NCBI GenBank assembly: GCA_049521795.1
Contig: JBEKOM010000001.1
Span: forward strand, 288,001 to 352,000
Origin: Candidatus Bathyarchaeia archaeon
GTDB lineage: Archaea > Thermoproteota > Bathyarchaeia > Bathyarchaeales > Bathycorpusculaceae
Reading direction: 5' to 3'
Length of the DNA: 64,000 bases
The notes under the pieces are model-generated. The model saw nothing but the letters and a program-made list of their open reading frames with translations, was not told the origin of the DNA and did no database searches. A program made the position numbers and the translations under genes. Below, piece by piece: positions 29,062 to 38,544 of this stretch. The stretch's first letter is position 1. Each line of letters starts with the position of its first letter.

Positions 29062-30285
29062 TCAAGGGGGAAGCGATTCTACTCTCTGCGGTGCTTTGGC
29101 CAGAGAAACATGTTCACCCTGCCTCAACTCGATGATGTACTGCACTTCTCCTCTTATGTTACAGTAAGATTCCACCGTGATGTTCTCACCGTAAACGTTC
29201 TCTGCGCTCGCCCCAGTTCTCAGCAGAACGTGTTTTCCGTGGAGGTCTTCTACTTCAGCACCTTTGCCGACGACGATTTCATCTGCCCTTATAGGCCCAT
29301 GAACCTTGCCTCTGCTTCCTATCTCAACAGAGCGTGCTGCAACACCTTCACCAGTGTTTATCGAACCTCCGACTTCCACATCTTCGGTGGCTGTAGCCTT
29401 CCGCGCACGCAAGGCCCCACCAACTTCAATGCTTCTTGTACTGACCTCTCCACTTACGTCTACTCTTCCCCCGACCTCTAATGATTCGGAAAGCTTGAGA
29501 GATCCATCGATGTCCACTGTGCCCCCGACCTCCATTCCTGTGCCTTGGGCCAGGCCCTTGATCTCTATTGTACCGCCAACCTCAACCCCTTCGAACTCCA
29601 GATCACCTTCAACTCTCAGCGTTCCCCCGACCTCAATGTGCCCGCCCTTGCTCTTGCCGGCGAGATGCACTGTGCCGCCTACGTCTACGTCTTCGAATTC
29701 CAAGGAGGCCGTTGACTTGAAGGTACCGCCAACGTCTATCTGAAGAATTCTTCCGCCTGCAACTGTTGCCGCTCCTCCAACATCTAGACTCTCTATGTTG
29801 ACTTTAGATTCGATTAGGAGGCTTCCTCCGACTTCCACATTGCGTGCAGTGACCTCGCCTTTTGCTGCGAGAGTCCCGCCGACTTCTATGGCCTTGGCTT
29901 TAGTATTTCCTCCAACCTCCAGGCTTCCTCCCACATCCACCTCTTCTACCATGAAATCCTTGCTTACGTATACCGCGTGGTCTACATCAACATTCTTTGC
30001 GGTCATCTTCCCGTAGACTGCGAGGCGACCGTCCTCAACTTCAACGTCTTTGTCTATCTCCAAGTCACCCTGAACCGTCACGGAATCCTCAGCTTCAAGC
30101 TCTTGGGCGGACAAACTGCAATCAAAGGTGTTATGGCCTTCACAGTAGACTGTTCCATAGACCTTGACTCTCGGCGGGCTTCCTGCACCCTTGACAGTCA
30201 CGTGCTCGCCAATTTCTAGATCGCCATTTACAATATCCAGTGTCACCGTCGTACCTGATGGAATAGAAACTCTGCCACTGTTCAT
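29062..30285 (-). CDS. bactofilin-like (polymer-forming cytoskeletal) beta-helix repeat protein
   Basis: 13 [DE]VGG motifs, mostly 16-18 aa apart; V/I/G-rich; ends with GEVQY... Confidence 0.75.
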   Translation of the reverse strand: MNSGRVSIPSGTTVTLDIVNGDLEIGEHVTVKGAGSPPRVKVYGTVYCEGHNTFDCSLSAQELEAEDSVTVQGDLEIDKDVEVEDGRLAVYGKMTAKNVDVDHAVYVSKDFMVEEVDVGGSLEVGGNTKAKAIEVGGTLAAKGEVTARNVEVGGSLLIESKVNIESLDVGGAATVAGGRILQIDVGGTFKSTASLEFEDVDVGGTVHLAGKSKGGHIEVGGTLRVEGDLEFEGVEVGGTIEIKGLAQGTGMEVGGTVDIDGSLKLSESLEVGGRVDVSGEVSTRSIEVGGALRARKATATEDVEVGGSINTGEGVAARSVEIGSRGKVHGPIRADEIVVGKGAEVEDLHGKHVLLRTGASAENVYGENITVESYCNIRGEVQYIIELRQGEHVSLAKAPQRVESLPP

Positions 30286-30358
30286 TTTACTGCGCCTACT
30301 TGTTTACATTCCAGCCTCGCTTTAAAAGGGGTACTCACATGTGGTGACTGAGACTTGT

Positions 30359-30583
30359 TCACTGAAGTACTTGGGCCCTTCTGAGGAAGAAGACTTCCAT
30401 TGCACTTGCGATGTAGACAGTCGTGCCAGGATAGCCTCTTTCTTCCATTGTGGCACTTGCAGATACTGTAGAGATTGGCTTTGGTTTTCTCGGTGCACTA
30501 GTGCTCTTCAAGATATCGAGCTTATGGAGCTTCTCCAATTCCTTCTTCTTCCAATCCGACTCACCCTTTGTTTGAACTTTCAT
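30359..30583 (-). CDS. small hypothetical protein
   Basis: MKVQTKGESDWKKKELEKLHK...; co-oriented between two minus-strand genes; no family recognised. Confidence 0.4.
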   Translation of the reverse strand: MKVQTKGESDWKKKELEKLHKLDILKSTSAPRKPKPISTVSASATMEERGYPGTTVYIASAMEVFFLRRAQVLQ

Positions 30584-30687
30584 TCTTACCACCTCGTTTT
30601 CAGATGAGAAGGAGTGAGTCGTTTGACACCTTAAAAGGCGACGCACCTAAAGAGAACACGCTTTGTAGTCACAAGTTGTAGGGCTGC

Positions 30688-30963
30688 CTACTGTTCCAGC
30701 GCAGCGAAGAATTTGCGCATGCGCTTGTACGTCTCCAGATATTCCAACCCCCACTTCGTCGCCCGGTACTTCTTCGAATCCTCTAGGTTAACTTCACTGA
30801 TGAAACCGTGAGCGACCAGAAAGTTGAGCTCCTTCTTAGCTCGGTCAACAGGCATGTTGGCTCCATAGGAGACCCGTGTCAGCGAGCACAACCCCTTCCG
30901 AGCAACCGTCTCTATGATGTCTGCGTAGATGTCGTATTTTGTCCTTCTGCGTTCGTCAGACAA
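30688..30963 (-). CDS. winged-helix transcriptional regulator (HTH_45/ArnR1-like)
   Basis: RRTKYDIYADII...TRVSYGANM...YRATKWGLEYLE. Confidence 0.85.
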   Translation of the reverse strand: MSDERRRTKYDIYADIIETVARKGLCSLTRVSYGANMPVDRAKKELNFLVAHGFISEVNLEDSKKYRATKWGLEYLETYKRMRKFFAALEQ

Positions 30964-31030
30964 GCGGCAGTTTCTCCGAACCCACTGTTATTAAGTCTCA
31001 AACGCTTAATCTTAGTTTTGGTGAGAGACC

Positions 31031-31849
31031 GTGCACCCAAAAGCTTCCAACATCGAGCAATATCATCTAGTGTGCAAGGACGGCGACTTGGCTGAGTACC
31101 TACTCGTACCCGGCGATCCTGACCGTGTTCCAAAGATTGCCAAGTTTTGGGATTCAGCAAGAGAAATCGCGACCCACCGCGAGTTCAGGAGCTTTACGGG
31201 CAAGTACAAAGGCGTACCAATTTCCGCCTTGTCAAGCGGCATAGGCCCAGCCTCCATGGCCATCGCGGTCAACGAGTCTTCCAACGTCGGCGTAAAAACC
31301 TTCATCCGAGTCGGCAGCACTGGGGCCATACAAAAGGACATCAACTGCGGTGATGTAATAATCTGCTCCTCCGCCGTACGCCTCGACTGCACGAGCAACT
31401 GTTACATCATCCCTGAGTATCCTGCAGTGGCAAGCTATGAAGTCTTGCTCGCCCTGATTGAAGCTGCTGAAACACTAGGCATAGGCAACTACCACGTTGG
31501 CATGACAGCTACAACCGCCGACTTTTACGCTGGACAAAGACGCAAAACACCCGTAACATTCTCCTCAGGTACAGAAAACCTGCTTCCCACGCTCCAGAAG
31601 GCCGGAGTGCTGAACTTTGAGATGGAAACAGCGACGCTGTACGTTTTGGCAAGTCTTTTCGGGTTGAGAGCAGCCTCCGTGTGCGCGGTCTACGGCAATC
31701 GCCTTACAGGCGAGTTTATCAGTGGGGCAGGAGAGGAGAACGCCATCAAAATCGCAAACGAAGCAGTCAAAATCCTAAGCGAGTGGGACGCTATCAAAAG
31801 AAGGAAGAAAAGAAGATGGCTGTTTCCATCGCTCGCGTGCTCAAGGTGA
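31031..31849 (+). CDS. udp: uridine phosphorylase
   Basis: QYHL, PGDPDRV, HREF, RVGSTGA and FEMETA. Confidence 0.9.
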   Translation: MHPKASNIEQYHLVCKDGDLAEYLLVPGDPDRVPKIAKFWDSAREIATHREFRSFTGKYKGVPISALSSGIGPASMAIAVNESSNVGVKTFIRVGSTGAIQKDINCGDVIICSSAVRLDCTSNCYIIPEYPAVASYEVLLALIEAAETLGIGNYHVGMTATTADFYAGQRRKTPVTFSSGTENLLPTLQKAGVLNFEMETATLYVLASLFGLRAASVCAVYGNRLTGEFISGAGEENAIKIANEAVKILSEWDAIKRRKKRRWLFPSLACSR

Positions 31850-31935
31850 CTGCAGGGTAATGAATAGAACATGGGCCTTGTTTCGCTCCCTAACGGGATA
31901 AAGCTAAAAGGCGCAGTTCAGAAGTTCTAAACAGT

Positions 31936-32066
31936 GCCGGGGTGGCGGAGCGGTTATCGCGCTGGCCTCGAGATCATTCGCGAAGAAAAAGGGCCCAGAT
32001 GGATGATGACAAGTGAGCCAGTGGGCCTTCGGGCTCGCAGGGGTTCGAGTCCCTTCCCCGGCGCCA
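31936..32066 (+). tRNA. tRNA-Ser(CGA) with 43-nt intron at 37/38 (31973-32015)
   Basis: Acceptor GCCGGGG/CCCCGGC-G-CCA, anticodon arm CTGGC-CTCGAG|A-GCCAG, long variable arm GGGCCTTCGGGCTC, GTTCGAG T-loop; BHB-like intron junction. Confidence 0.93.
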
Positions 32067-32110
32067 TTTTCCCAGTAGGAGCCTTTTTTAGGCTAGTTCT
32101 GTGCGCGCGC

Positions 32111-34078
32111 TCAACTAGTTTTGATCTTAACTCTGATTGAATTAAACCGAGGACCTGCACCAAGAATCTGTGGATTACTTGATGCCAAGCTGTTTAATGG
32201 AACACCGTTCTTCCCAGTCAAAGGCCTTGGCGACCACAGAACTCCCTTGGAAACGTTTTCGGTTATGATTGCTTCGACAGTCAGTGCTCCAAACTCGTTG
32301 AAAATGGTAACATCATCTCCGTTCTCGATCCCAAGAGTGCCTGCATCAGCGGGATTGATCCAGACGATCTCTGGGATCGGACCGTAAACGTCTCTGAACT
32401 GGCTGTGGGTCCAATTAGGGAGAGAACTGTTCAGTAGGGTAAACCAGCTTTCATTCTCCTTGGGTGGCAGCTGCGCTGGCAGAGGGTTCGCACCTATTTC
32501 ATGGGCTTTTGAAGAATATAGTTCGATCTTCCCTGAAGGCGTCTGATACTCTTTCGTGGGCCGCTGCCGGAGTTTGAGGATCTCCCCTTTGAACAGGTCA
32601 TCGAAGCGTCCATTTTCAAACGACTCTGCCGTAGACTTTTGAAGGGCTTGCCATGGGTCCTCAAACACCCAAGACTCACGGCAACTCATCCTCTCAGCAA
32701 GCTGTTGCATGATCCAGACTTCGTGCTTACACTCCCCAAGCGGCTCAACTGCCTTTGCAGAAAATCGAGTGTAAGGGTGATGGTCAGAGAAATTCAAGTC
32801 AGACTTCTCTAGGTACGTGGCCGCGGGGAGAACAACATCCGCGAGTTTCGCGGTCTCGGTCCAATGTGTCTCATGAACAACTACAAACACGTCTTCTCTT
32901 GAAAGACCAGCTCGTACAGCGTTCTGGTTTGGAAGCGTTGAAGCAGGGTTGGAACCCTTGATGAAAACGAACTTGAACTCACCAGAGCTTAATCGCGAAC
33001 CGACCGAAACCTGCTCAACGATTTTGGAACTTCTGCTGCTCATCTTGCTGCCGTTCATATAACCCCAATCAATGAATCGTCCTCTGGAGTCACTGTAGTG
33101 GAACCCACGATGCTGCCCAAGTAGCGCCGGTAGTAGACTCACAGCCCTAACGGCCTCTGCGCCATGACTCGACTTGTTTAACCCCAAACCTATCATGAAG
33201 CATACGGGGAGTTTTTCAACGAGTAACTCACATAGCTCCTCAACTCTTTTCCACGGGAGGTTTGTTGAACTTTCCACACGGCTGGGTGTCCAGCTCTTTG
33301 CCTCTTCCTTGAACTTGTCGTATCCTGTGGTCCATTCTTCAATGAATTGCTCAGCCAGTTTATCGTGTTCAATGAGCCATCGAGCTATTCCGTAAGACAG
33401 TGCTACGTCGCTGCCTGGGCGAGGGTTGACCCAGAGGTCGCAGCTCTCAGAGGTCTCGCTCTTTCTAGGGTCAATAGATATCAACGTTGCATTTTTTTCC
33501 TTCCGTGCTCTCAGCGAGAGGGCCCAAAGGTGAGGTGAACTGACTCTTGCGTTGTTTCCCCAGAACAGGATGGTTCCGCAATTGAGAACTTCCTCAAATC
33601 CGAGACCGTATGTGAGCCCGTAGTGGAGTCCGATTCCAGTGTGCCCGGATGTGCTGCAGAGAGCGCCGTCCGTGACCGTTACGCCTAGTGCGCGCCATAG
33701 TCTTTGGGAGAACTGCAAGCTAAGACATCCTTGGTTGCCCGCATAATCATAAAGCAAAACCGATTCATTGCCGTAATTCTCCAGGACACTAGTCAATTCT
33801 CTGGCAACCAGTTCCAGAGCGTCTGACCAAGAAACCCTTCCAAACTTGTCTCCGTTATTGACGTGAGGATAAAGAATGCGCTCTTTACTATATACCCGCT
33901 TAGGGTCTCCCACGCCTCGGGGACAAAGAAATCCCTGAGTTATCGGGTTTTCTTTGCTGCCCCTCGTAGATACGATCCTGCCATCTTCAACGATGACGTC
34001 AACAAAGCACGTATCTGGACAATCCCGGTGGCACACAGTCTTTACAACATTGGTTGATTTCTCGGGCCTGATTGACAC
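32111..34078 (-). CDS. molybdopterin-dependent oxidoreductase
   Basis: N-terminal CHRDCPDTC...FLCPRG [4Fe-4S], TETAKLADVVLPAATYLE, TPSGKIEL and INPADA. Confidence 0.92.
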   Translation of the reverse strand: MSIRPEKSTNVVKTVCHRDCPDTCFVDVIVEDGRIVSTRGSKENPITQGFLCPRGVGDPKRVYSKERILYPHVNNGDKFGRVSWSDALELVARELTSVLENYGNESVLLYDYAGNQGCLSLQFSQRLWRALGVTVTDGALCSTSGHTGIGLHYGLTYGLGFEEVLNCGTILFWGNNARVSSPHLWALSLRARKEKNATLISIDPRKSETSESCDLWVNPRPGSDVALSYGIARWLIEHDKLAEQFIEEWTTGYDKFKEEAKSWTPSRVESSTNLPWKRVEELCELLVEKLPVCFMIGLGLNKSSHGAEAVRAVSLLPALLGQHRGFHYSDSRGRFIDWGYMNGSKMSSRSSKIVEQVSVGSRLSSGEFKFVFIKGSNPASTLPNQNAVRAGLSREDVFVVVHETHWTETAKLADVVLPAATYLEKSDLNFSDHHPYTRFSAKAVEPLGECKHEVWIMQQLAERMSCRESWVFEDPWQALQKSTAESFENGRFDDLFKGEILKLRQRPTKEYQTPSGKIELYSSKAHEIGANPLPAQLPPKENESWFTLLNSSLPNWTHSQFRDVYGPIPEIVWINPADAGTLGIENGDDVTIFNEFGALTVEAIITENVSKGVLWSPRPLTGKNGVPLNSLASSNPQILGAGPRFNSIRVKIKTS

Positions 34079-34388
34079 AGCTGTCTCCTTCTCGGTTGGT
34101 CACGCTTTCATAGGCAGATGAAGGAGATTCATAATAAGCCTTCCTAGATCTTCGAAGCTCTTGCGCAACAGGCAACTTGCGGCGCTCACTCGAGCTCTGA
34201 AAGCAATGAACTTGGAGGACGAGGCCAAGCAAACCAAGGGGTCTTTTGACCTGCAAGGTTCGAGTTCCTTCGATGACGCCATTAGCTTGTGCTGGGGTGA
34301 GGATTGCAACATGTTTAGTAGTGATCAATTTTTCTGGTTCATAACCCATATTAGATTCATAACAGAGAACGTGTTTGAGGGTTCAATC

Positions 34389-35192
34389 TTGACTGTAACT
34401 GCGTGCGATGAAAAGGTAGTCATATCGGCTGAAACGGTACTTGCGAATGAGAGAATAGTGGAAAGGAAGACCATCGTCTACGAGACTCGTGTTGACCCGA
34501 CCGTGATAAAGGTGGCCGGGGAGAAGCTCAAGGATCAGCTGTTCACAAGGTTTGGGTTCTTGAAGCCTAAACCAGAAGAGATTCAATTCGTTTCCATCGA
34601 TAAGTACTATGAACCCTACACGATGATCAGTGGAAAATACGCGATTGATTACTACCGCAAGTGCGTTCACTCGGTTAAAGTGGACAAAGAAGTTCTAGAA
34701 GTTGTTCTTCTAAATCAAAAGTTTGAGCCCGAACAATCGACGGATTCTTCTGCCAAAGACCATAATGTGATTAGGCTCGAAGGAGAAGAGAGGTTAAGGA
34801 ATGAGGTCAAAGCCTCCCTTATCCTAGACAGGTTTGGGCGAGACGTCACACTTGAAAAACTCCCATCTGCTCCTTCGGAGAGAAATCCTAAGAAAATACT
34901 AGCACAATATAGCGTGGAAGAAATCGCTTCGAATGCTGATTTAGACTTTATAAGATCCAAAATAGTCAACCGGCCAAGGGACATAAATCGGCTTGTCAAT
35001 GAACTCTTTGAAGTTAACGAGCGAGTCGTAATCTACACTCCAAGGTTCAGAGTTCTCTACAGAAACGCAAAAACAGGCGAGCAAAAAGCCGTAGAATTTG
35101 ACGGTGTCACAGCTGAAAGAATCCAACAGAGCAAGAACGCAACTTCACGTGACGCTCTTCCTGTTCCTCCTCCGCCTCCTCCACCTACATAA
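34389..35192 (+). CDS. hypothetical protein with poly-Pro tail
   Basis: Coding-like composition from about 34389; ends VPPPPPPPT; the first ~75 aa of the track ORF look non-coding. Confidence 0.7.
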   Translation: MTVTACDEKVVISAETVLANERIVERKTIVYETRVDPTVIKVAGEKLKDQLFTRFGFLKPKPEEIQFVSIDKYYEPYTMISGKYAIDYYRKCVHSVKVDKEVLEVVLLNQKFEPEQSTDSSAKDHNVIRLEGEERLRNEVKASLILDRFGRDVTLEKLPSAPSERNPKKILAQYSVEEIASNADLDFIRSKIVNRPRDINRLVNELFEVNERVVIYTPRFRVLYRNAKTGEQKAVEFDGVTAERIQQSKNATSRDALPVPPPPPPPT

Positions 35193-35301
35193 ACACGGCC
35201 TTGTCTATTTCTCGAGACTAAGCAAGCGTCAAAGTTGTTCGTTCGAAGATTCTTTTAATGCTTCTTCCATTTGAGCTTCCAAATTCACAAACGCACCACA
35301 G

Positions 35302-35742
35302 TCAACATTGTATGACCAATCGGCAGCCTTCATTTAGTTTTTCGATGCTGCTCCTGAACCCCAGCAGTCTGTAGGCATGAGGATAGATGATAGAGCAAAT
35401 GTGATCGCAGAAGTAGTCAGAGGGTAGGTCTTCACGGTGTTGATTACTCATCAATCTGATTGGGCACTTCTCCACGACGCCGACGCGTCCCTCAACGTTC
35501 AATTTCTCGACTTTTCTTCCTACCCATACCTTTTCTATTCTAGCCTCAAATTCAAGAAAGTCCTGTTTAGATCTTGCGACTAGGTTTCTTCTTTCTGCCG
35601 AAGCGCCAGTTTCTGCCCCGAATCTTGCAAAACTTCAAGCACATTTATGCCAGTTTTTCGTAAGATAATGGGTGATCAACAGGTAGACTCCAAACTCGAA
35701 AGACTTTCTTAGTTTGAGCTCCTCTTCGGGTGAGACTTTCAT
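35302..35742 (-). pseudogene. disrupted Cys-rich ligand-binding (V4R-like) protein
   Basis: ATG 35742 reads MKVSPEEELKLRK... in frame with the 66-aa track ORF, but is interrupted by TGA at 35635-35637; CP...FCDHIC...GC motif. Confidence 0.55.
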
Positions 35743-35843
35743 TTCTCTGTTCATTTGTGACACTAGAGAGAATAAAATTAAAGGGTGTATCAAGAGATTT
35801 TGTGAATTGTAGTGGTTTGATTTATCGAAGTTCGAGGGATACT

Positions 35844-36197
35844 ATGAAAAAGCTGTACGTTTGCGGAAGTTTCAGGTTCACCAGTGAGATGGAAGGATTG
35901 GAACGTGAGCTCAAAGAGGAGAACATCCAGTTTAAGATATCAAAGAAAACGGACAGTCGCGGGATCCTGGGATGCTTGAAAAAAGTCGATGGTGCAGATA
36001 TCGTATACGTCGTTAATCCACAAGGTTACATTGGTAAGAGCGTCTCCGTTGACATAGGATACGCCTATGCAAAGAATAAGTCAATATACGTCATGTACGC
36101 CGTAGACGACCCCCCAATAATGAACTTGATAAGCGATGTCCTATCTCCGAAAGCTTTAATCGCCTTTCTCAAGGAAAGCATTCCTAAGCGACGCTGA
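35844..36197 (+). CDS. nucleoside 2-deoxyribosyltransferase-like Rossmann protein
   Basis: KLYVCGSFRF...ADIVYVVNPQGYIGKSVSVDIGYAYA; ATG 35844. Confidence 0.7.
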   Translation: MKKLYVCGSFRFTSEMEGLERELKEENIQFKISKKTDSRGILGCLKKVDGADIVYVVNPQGYIGKSVSVDIGYAYAKNKSIYVMYAVDDPPIMNLISDVLSPKALIAFLKESIPKRR

Positions 36198-36229
36198 ACC
36201 GAGCCAACCACTAGGATAGGCGACTGTAA

Positions 36230-36780
36230 TTGCTTGAAGGCAGGAACGTGAACTTAAGGCTCATGGAGAAAGACGACGTAGACTTCATGGTGCAGTTGCG
36301 GAACGATATAGGTTCCAATGCGTATGTTTCTGTAAAACAGATATCGAAAACAGAAGCAATGAAAGAGTTTGACAATCCTACACCGTTAGCACTGATAACC
36401 GAAAGAACATGCTTCATCATTGAGAAAAAAGACGGCACAAAAATATTTACATGGTGCACTGGGTCGTTCAGCCCTCAAGGCACGTGGAAATCGGGTATTT
36501 TATGCTTACTAGCGAAAGGGGGAAAGGCTACTGCTCTGAAGCCGTTCAAGTAATGGTGGATTACCTGTTTCTCCCCAAGAATATTGTGCGGATTCAGGCA
36601 GGAACTGACGTAAGAAACGAAGCTTCCCCAAAAGTCTTGGAGAATGCAGGCTTCGTAAGAGAAGGCACAGTGCGCAAATCGGCCTTTAACAAGGGAGAAT
36701 GGTTCGACGGCTACATGTACAGCACTCTTAGGGAAGAATGGAAAGAACCTAGGATACTCTCAAAGAAGCTTACTCATTAA
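36230..36780 (+). pseudogene. frameshifted RimJ/RimL-family GNAT acetyltransferase
   Basis: N-half (LEGRNVNLRLMEKDD...IEKKDGTKI) and C-half (VEIGY...RGKGYCSEA...LENAGFVREG) lie in different frames, with the shift near 36445. Confidence 0.8.
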
Positions 36781-37039
36781 GGGCCGATGTTTAGAGACTG
36801 AAATGGGGGTCAATGTCTTCTTGTCGCGCGCGTTTTTGGTATCGCGCGCCATGGATGACTCGCCGGTGATGGATTTGATAAATGATATTTTGTCCTTAGA
36901 AGCGTTGATTAACTTTCAAAGGGTTCTTTGCCTACCTGTATTCTCTTCACCTGTTACCGTAACCTTGTCAAGGAGGTCGTTTCTTGCCGCAAAGGTTTAA
37001 TTTTTCCTTGCCTAGATTTGACTACGAGAGTGTGTCTAG

Positions 37040-37642
37040 TTGAGGGAACCTTTTGCCGACTTTGTTAAGGCCGAGTTAGAGCCCAGAACTCTACTGATTA
37101 CCTGTGGACTCCCAGGAACCTGGAAAACAGAGACCTCAGAGGAGGTCTCAAAAATCAAGGGATACCCCATCCTTCGAACCGATTTGATTCGATTGGAGGT
37201 TCTCAAGAACGAGGACATTTTTGACGAAAAAGTTGCCTCGAACATGAGCAAACGAGAGCTTGTCTATGATGAGACGTTTCGCCGGGCAGAAGATCTTGTA
37301 AAGATGGGCAGAGACGTAATATTGGATGCTACCTTTGTAACCCAAGAACTGCGAAGACGAGCTGCTGCGATCGCTGCAAAATACAACATGACTTTTGCCA
37401 TACTTCAGACTCACTGCTCTGAAGAAGTGTCAATTGCACGGATTTTGAGAAGAACCAAAGGGAACTACGAGTCAAATGCCTTAACCAAAGAAGCTTATCT
37501 TAACAACAAGAAGAAGTTTGAGACCGTTGACTTGGATGATTTGGAAAAGAGATATCCGAAACTTCGGATACTACACTTAACAGTCGACACTGAGTATGAT
37601 AATCCTAAGGACTGGTACGTAATCGGGATGGAAAAAAGGTAG
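37040..37642 (+). CDS. AAA_33-type P-loop kinase
   Basis: ITCGLPGTWKT, LRTDLIR and DVILDATF. Confidence 0.85.
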   Translation: MREPFADFVKAELEPRTLLITCGLPGTWKTETSEEVSKIKGYPILRTDLIRLEVLKNEDIFDEKVASNMSKRELVYDETFRRAEDLVKMGRDVILDATFVTQELRRRAAAIAAKYNMTFAILQTHCSEEVSIARILRRTKGNYESNALTKEAYLNNKKKFETVDLDDLEKRYPKLRILHLTVDTEYDNPKDWYVIGMEKR

Positions 37643-37656
37643 ATGGACCCTGTTTT

Positions 37657-38532
37657 ATGATAATAGATTTGCATATTCATTCAAAAAGCTGTTCTGATGG
37701 AAACTTAACTGTTGAAGAACTTGTTAAGGAAGCCAAAATCAGAAAAATCGGGTTGATGTCGATCACGGATCACGACTCAATTGGCTGTCAAGAAGAAGCT
37801 ATAGCTTTGACGAATGAAAACGGAATCCGTTATGTTGTTGGAGTTGAATTGAACGTAACCCTGTTGGATGCCAGATTTTTGAGGGGCAGATCACTGTCTC
37901 TAGATTTCTTGGGTTATCAATTTGACACGAAGAATAAGGAGTTAGGTGACAAGCTGACACAAATCGCACAGTATCGAGAGGAAAGAGCGGCTAGGATTTT
38001 GGACAAGATTAATGCAGAGTTTGAAAAAGAAGGAATCGAAAAGTTAACGAAAAACGATTTGGGCAAGATTCAGAGTTCCGTTGACGGAGTTATTGGAAGG
38101 CCTCATATAGCAAACTATCTTGTGGGAAAGGGAATTGTTAGAACAAAACAAGAAGCTTTTGACAAGTATCTTGTGAAATGTGATGTTCCCAAGTTTCCTC
38201 TTTTCATAAAAGAGGCTTCGAGAGTTGTAAGAAATGCTGGAGGACTAGTAGTTTTGGCTCATCCTAACGACCCTCATGGGACCTCACTTGCGACCCTGAC
38301 CAAATCTCTGCAAAAGCAGACGGACATGATAAAAGAGTTGTTCTTAGGATATATTGATGGAATAGAGTGTTGGCACTCTAGAAGCGACTCCGCAACGACG
38401 AATCATTACATAAAGTTTGCAAAAGAGCATGGACTAATCATGACTGGGGGAAGCGATTGTCATCAAAAGCCGGTCCTCATGGGAACTGTGAAAGTCCCGG
38501 AATTTGTAGCTGATCAATTCAGCCCTAGGTGA
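37657..38532 (+). CDS. PHP-domain phosphoesterase (TrpH/YciV-like)
   Basis: DLHIHS, SDG, ITDHD, GRPHIA, LAHP and TGGSDCH. Confidence 0.9.
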   Translation: MIIDLHIHSKSCSDGNLTVEELVKEAKIRKIGLMSITDHDSIGCQEEAIALTNENGIRYVVGVELNVTLLDARFLRGRSLSLDFLGYQFDTKNKELGDKLTQIAQYREERAARILDKINAEFEKEGIEKLTKNDLGKIQSSVDGVIGRPHIANYLVGKGIVRTKQEAFDKYLVKCDVPKFPLFIKEASRVVRNAGGLVVLAHPNDPHGTSLATLTKSLQKQTDMIKELFLGYIDGIECWHSRSDSATTNHYIKFAKEHGLIMTGGSDCHQKPVLMGTVKVPEFVADQFSPR

Positions 38533-38544
38533 ACTTCCGGTGAT

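Noticed and set aside
31934-32163. Track ORFs 31934-32140 and 31954-32163
   Set aside because: They overlap the tRNA-Ser gene; spurious
36430-36460. Programmed frameshift in the GNAT gene
   Set aside because: No canonical slippery heptamer with a downstream structure at the junction; neighbouring genes are also decayed
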